This document shows, piece by piece, positions 60,800 through 64,000 of a stretch of DNA of 64,000 nucleotides; position 1 is the first letter of the stretch, and the number at the start of each line of letters is the position of its first letter. The notes beneath the pieces are model-generated. The model was not told where the DNA came from. It worked only from the letters and a program-made list of their open reading frames with translations, and did not search any database. A program made the translations under genes and the position numbers. This stretch comes from Opitutia bacterium (lineage in GTDB: Bacteria; Verrucomicrobiota; Verrucomicrobiia; Opitutales; Opitutaceae), in contig CANJVR010000004.1 in assembly GCA_947478395.1 (NCBI GenBank), positions 96,001 to 160,000 of the forward strand, in the 5' to 3' direction.

Positions 60800-63700
60800 C
60801 GTGCAGCGGATTCCACGATGGCGATTTCCTCAGGCGTCAGGCCGTAGAGAGCGTAAACCTGTTGGTCGATCTCGCGCTCCAAGGCGCTCGTGTCGGCGGC
60901 GGCGTTCGCCTGCTTGGAGGCGAGGATACGGTCAATCAGATGCTCCAACCCCTCTTGCTGCTCTGGGGTCGCAGTTGGGATGGGAATATTTTTGATATCA
61001 CTGGGATTAAGCTTTGGAAAAATGTCCTTTGCGAAATTTGGGCAGCGCAACCCAGCATACCAACTCGCTGCGGTAGAATTGACTACACCTAGCAAGTATT
61101 TTAGCTTAACCTTCTTGCCCGGTTTTGCTACGAGAGGACTTATAGCGTGGCCGCAATAAATTGTGCCTGAATGGAACGCGGCTTGGATCCGTTTTCCTGC
61201 ACCGGGAACTTCACGACAAAGAAGTTTTTCTTGGGTAAAAAAGCGGGGCTCGCGGGGTGCCCCGAGCCAATCACCATACGACAGCCACTCTCCACGCCAG
61301 TTAATGCTGTATCGCGATATGTCGCGACCGTTTAGCCATGGCCCATAGGTTTCATCGCGCTTCTCGTCGGCGTGGAAAGCACGCTTAGAAATCAGGTTTG
61401 CATCATGACCGCGGTATTTGTCGTAGGGTGTAATTCCTTGCGACACATCACACAACTCACCGAGTCGCTTGCACTGAGTTTCGATTTTCTTCAGTAAACC
61501 CTCTTCGCCATCGTTAGATTGGAAATCGATCTGTAAGTATGGTCTTTTCCGAACTGATTCGACTGAAATGCATTTGTCTCCCGAATCAGTCCGCACCTGA
61601 ATTGAGGAGCTTGATTTTTCCTTTTCATGATCAAGCTTTTCGAAAAAAACGGTTTGGGTGCTTACCACCGCATTTTTAAAGACGCCTTCTCCCCAGATGC
61701 GTATTTCTGAAATACTGGTTTCGTCCAGAAGTAGTTTACGCAAAGGCTGGCTGTTTTGCAGTGTTAGCCAGACGACGGGTGTGATGTATGAAGCAATGCC
61801 CCTTGGTTTTAGCAACAAAACCGTGCGTTCTAAAAACAATTCATATAGATCGGCTTTGTAACAAAAAGATTTAAAGAGTTTGAGCGCCGCAATGTTCGCT
61901 TCCGAAAACTTATCTTTTGTTACCTGAACATAAGGAGGGTTGGCGATTACGACATCGAAACCGTCCTTCAAGGCCCGTCCGAACATCCAATGCGGGTCAA
62001 AAAAGTCAGCACTGGACTGAGGGTCGAAAGGGTCCCACTCGGCGAGGTGCCTGGACTTCGCGGAGTTCACGGCTCCAAGACTGCCTGCGAGCGTTTCGGC
62101 CAGCTTGAGGCGGAGGGCCTTGATTTTCTTCTGCAAGGCGAGCTTCTGGTCGCGCCGCTGGATGGTGAAGTGGCCGTGGTAGGCGTCTTCGATTTCCCTT
62201 TCGATGGGCGCGATGAGAGATTCGATGAAGAGGTCTTTGTCCGAGATAGGCAGGCCGATGAGAGTGTCAGCGGCGACGAACTTGGTTTCTAGATTGGGCA
62301 GCGGACGGATGCCGTGGTTGTCCTTTTTGTTGCGGTTGGTCTTCTGGTCGCAGACGAGGGAGATGAAGAAGCGGAGTTTGGTGATCTGGATGGCGATGGG
62401 CTGGATATCCACGCCATAGAGGCAGTTTTCAATCAGGTAGAGCTTGCGACCGTAGTCGTCGTTGTTGTCGACAAAGGCGCGTTCGAGTTCCTCGCGCATG
62501 GGAGCGGAGTCGAGCTTAGCGAGCTGCGTCTGTTTCCAGCGATCGTTGTCGGGGTCGAGCTTGCCGAGGATATAGACGAGCTTGTGGAGGACGCCCATGG
62601 GGAAGGCGCCGGAGCCGCACGCGGGGTCGAGGATTTTCAGCGCGTCGATGGCAGCGATCAGCGTAGCGACCTCGCTGGGCGTAAAAGCGTGCTCTTTCTC
62701 GGTGTAGGCGAAGAGGAGGTCGAGGCCGGCGCGGGCGTCGTGTTCCTTCATGCGGGCCTTTTCCACGAGGGCGCGGGTAAGGTGGGCCTTTAGGGACTCG
62801 TCCACCATGTAGTCCACGATGGGGCGCGGGGTGTAGAAGGAGCCGGTCTGCTTGCGGGCGGTGGTTTTGGTTTCCTCGTTGTAGGACGCGAGAAGATTTT
62901 CGAAGACTTTGCCGAGGAGTTCGGGATCGAGGGCGATTTCCTGATCGATAGGAGTGTTCTCGACGATGGTGAACTTGTAGCGGTTCAGGATGGTAATCAG
63001 GCCGGTGACCTTTTCGGCCTTGCGCTTCTTGTCGTCATAAACTTCCGAGAGGTCGGCGACTTCCCCGCTGTCGAAGAAGAGGCGATCGGGGACGTGGGGA
63101 CGCTTTTTGGCGTTGCGGGAAAACCCGTCGAGGTAACGCTTTTTGTTGGTGCCATCCTCCGTGCGGTCGAGGCACTCGAAGAGGCCGCCATTAAGGAAAG
63201 GGATGTCGGCGAAGTGGCTTAGCGCGGCGTCGGGCTCTTCGCGGAAGAAAGCTTCGTAGCGGTAGAGGTTGTTGACGTCGTAAGTGGCGCGGTTCTTGGC
63301 GAAGCCTTCATCCTTAGCGAAGACGCGGTAGGACTTGCCGTTGCCGTCCTTGCCCATGCGCTGGTTGAGCGTGGCGAAGAAGAGGTTTTGCAGGATGGCC
63401 TGATAGTAGGTGGAGCTGGTCTCGCTCTCGGGATCGAAGCCTTTGAGGAGTTTGGCGAGGTCGGCGGGGTGGAAGAGCTTCTCGGGGATGAGGCCCTTTT
63501 CCTTGAGGAACCAGCAGAAGATGAGGCGGGTGAGCAACCGGATGAGGCCGGTTGCGCGGCGTTTCTCTTCGTCGGGCTCGAGGTCGGCGGGGAACCCCAC
63601 CTGCGGGAGCGCCCAGAAATACCAGTTGGCCAGCTCACGGTAGAAGCGTTCGTTGAGCAGCTCGACGTTAAAGATTTGCTCCCACGCGGTGTGGAGGGAG

Positions 63701-63999
63701 TCGAAGTCGATAATGGGCTGCTTCTGCGGGTGGACGAGATTGGGCAGCGCGAGAGAAGCGAGAATGTCGAGGTGGCCGCGGTGGGGCTGGGCGAAAGCGA
63801 TGTCTCGGATGAGCGTGGCTTTTTCGAGGACGTCCTTGCTGTCGTCGGTCTTGTTCCGTCGCCGGTTGATGACGGCGATGGTGAGCCGGTCTCCGTGCTT
63901 GAAGATCACCATGACGGGCATGGGAAAGAGGCGGTTAATCTGCCGGGCGATGGCGGAGAACGTGCCTCGGGCGTAGTCAGCGCCCTTCAGCTCGATAGC
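60796..63999 (-). CDS. Type IIG restriction-modification enzyme (Eco57I-type N6-adenine MTase with TaqI_C-like TRD), 5' end outside window
   Basis: 'GSFYTP', 'LDPACGSGAF', 'GVDIQP', 'NPPY', C-terminal 'EIDQQVYALYGLTPEEI'; frame open to window edge. Confidence 0.92.
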   Translation of the reverse strand, partial: AIELKGADYARGTFSAIARQINRLFPMPVMVIFKHGDRLTIAVINRRRNKTDDSKDVLEKATLIRDIAFAQPHRGHLDILASLALPNLVHPQKQPIIDFDSLHTAWEQIFNVELLNERFYRELANWYFWALPQVGFPADLEPDEEKRRATGLIRLLTRLIFCWFLKEKGLIPEKLFHPADLAKLLKGFDPESETSSTYYQAILQNLFFATLNQRMGKDGNGKSYRVFAKDEGFAKNRATYDVNNLYRYEAFFREEPDAALSHFADIPFLNGGLFECLDRTEDGTNKKRYLDGFSRNAKKRPHVPDRLFFDSGEVADLSEVYDDKKRKAEKVTGLITILNRYKFTIVENTPIDQEIALDPELLGKVFENLLASYNEETKTTARKQTGSFYTPRPIVDYMVDESLKAHLTRALVEKARMKEHDARAGLDLLFAYTEKEHAFTPSEVATLIAAIDALKILDPACGSGAFPMGVLHKLVYILGKLDPDNDRWKQTQLAKLDSAPMREELERAFVDNNDDYGRKLYLIENCLYGVDIQPIAIQITKLRFFISLVCDQKTNRNKKDNHGIRPLPNLETKFVAADTLIGLPISDKDLFIESLIAPIEREIEDAYHGHFTIQRRDQKLALQKKIKALRLKLAETLAGSLGAVNSAKSRHLAEWDPFDPQSSADFFDPHWMFGRALKDGFDVVIANPPYVQVTKDKFSEANIAALKLFKSFCYKADLYELFLERTVLLLKPRGIASYITPVVWLTLQNSQPLRKLLLDETSISEIRIWGEGVFKNAVVSTQTVFFEKLDHEKEKSSSSIQVRTDSGDKCISVESVRKRPYLQIDFQSNDGEEGLLKKIETQCKRLGELCDVSQGITPYDKYRGHDANLISKRAFHADEKRDETYGPWLNGRDISRYSINWRGEWLSYGDWLGAPREPRFFTQEKLLCREVPGAGKRIQAAFHSGTIYCGHAISPLVAKPGKKVKLKYLLGVVNSTAASWYAGLRCPNFAKDIFPKLNPSDIKNIPIPTATPEQQEGLEHLIDRILASKQANAAADTSALEREIDQQVYALYGLTPEEIAIVESAAR

Positions 64000-64000
64000 G

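Larger units (their letters stand above)
42576..64000. mobile_element. tRNA-anchored integrative genomic island with defence cargo, continues past window end
   Basis: Starts at truncated tRNA; abrupt change from housekeeping to unknown/defence genes and visibly lower, patchy GC; integrase not inside window. Confidence 0.8.

Overview
GC-rich bacterial chromosome window; the gene set (DUF1552/DUF1592 cytochrome pair, fused E1, secretin cluster, heptamer repeats) suggests a PVC organism, probably Verrucomicrobia/Opitutaceae (inference). 1-42.5 kb is mostly core: the end of a type II secretion-like cluster with a secretin split into two genes, a histidine kinase and sigma54 regulator, rph-hprK-lptBAC-kdsC, fused 2-oxoacid dehydrogenase E1, an ABC exporter, a MarR/dioxygenase/esterase (Mhq-like) cluster, rpiB, a cpATP-grasp/alpha-E/transglutaminase operon, sucA-sucB-lpdA, SUI1, lactonase, guaA-hisD-hisC-hisB and a Tat-signal UxuA-like enzyme. 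At 42529 the 5' half of a CAT-anticodon tRNA breaks off after the anticodon arm, and an integrated island runs from there past the window end. The island has a left arm of small unknown genes and a radical SAM gene with long structured leaders, then an XRE / PD-(D/E)XK / AAA switch region. A defence block follows: a diadenylate-cyclase-domain gene next to a nuclease-STAND (Avs-like) gene, and a translationally coupled type IIG R-M / UG-Abi reverse transcriptase / MORC-GHKL-nuclease operon. All calls come from motif reading by eye; no searches were run.
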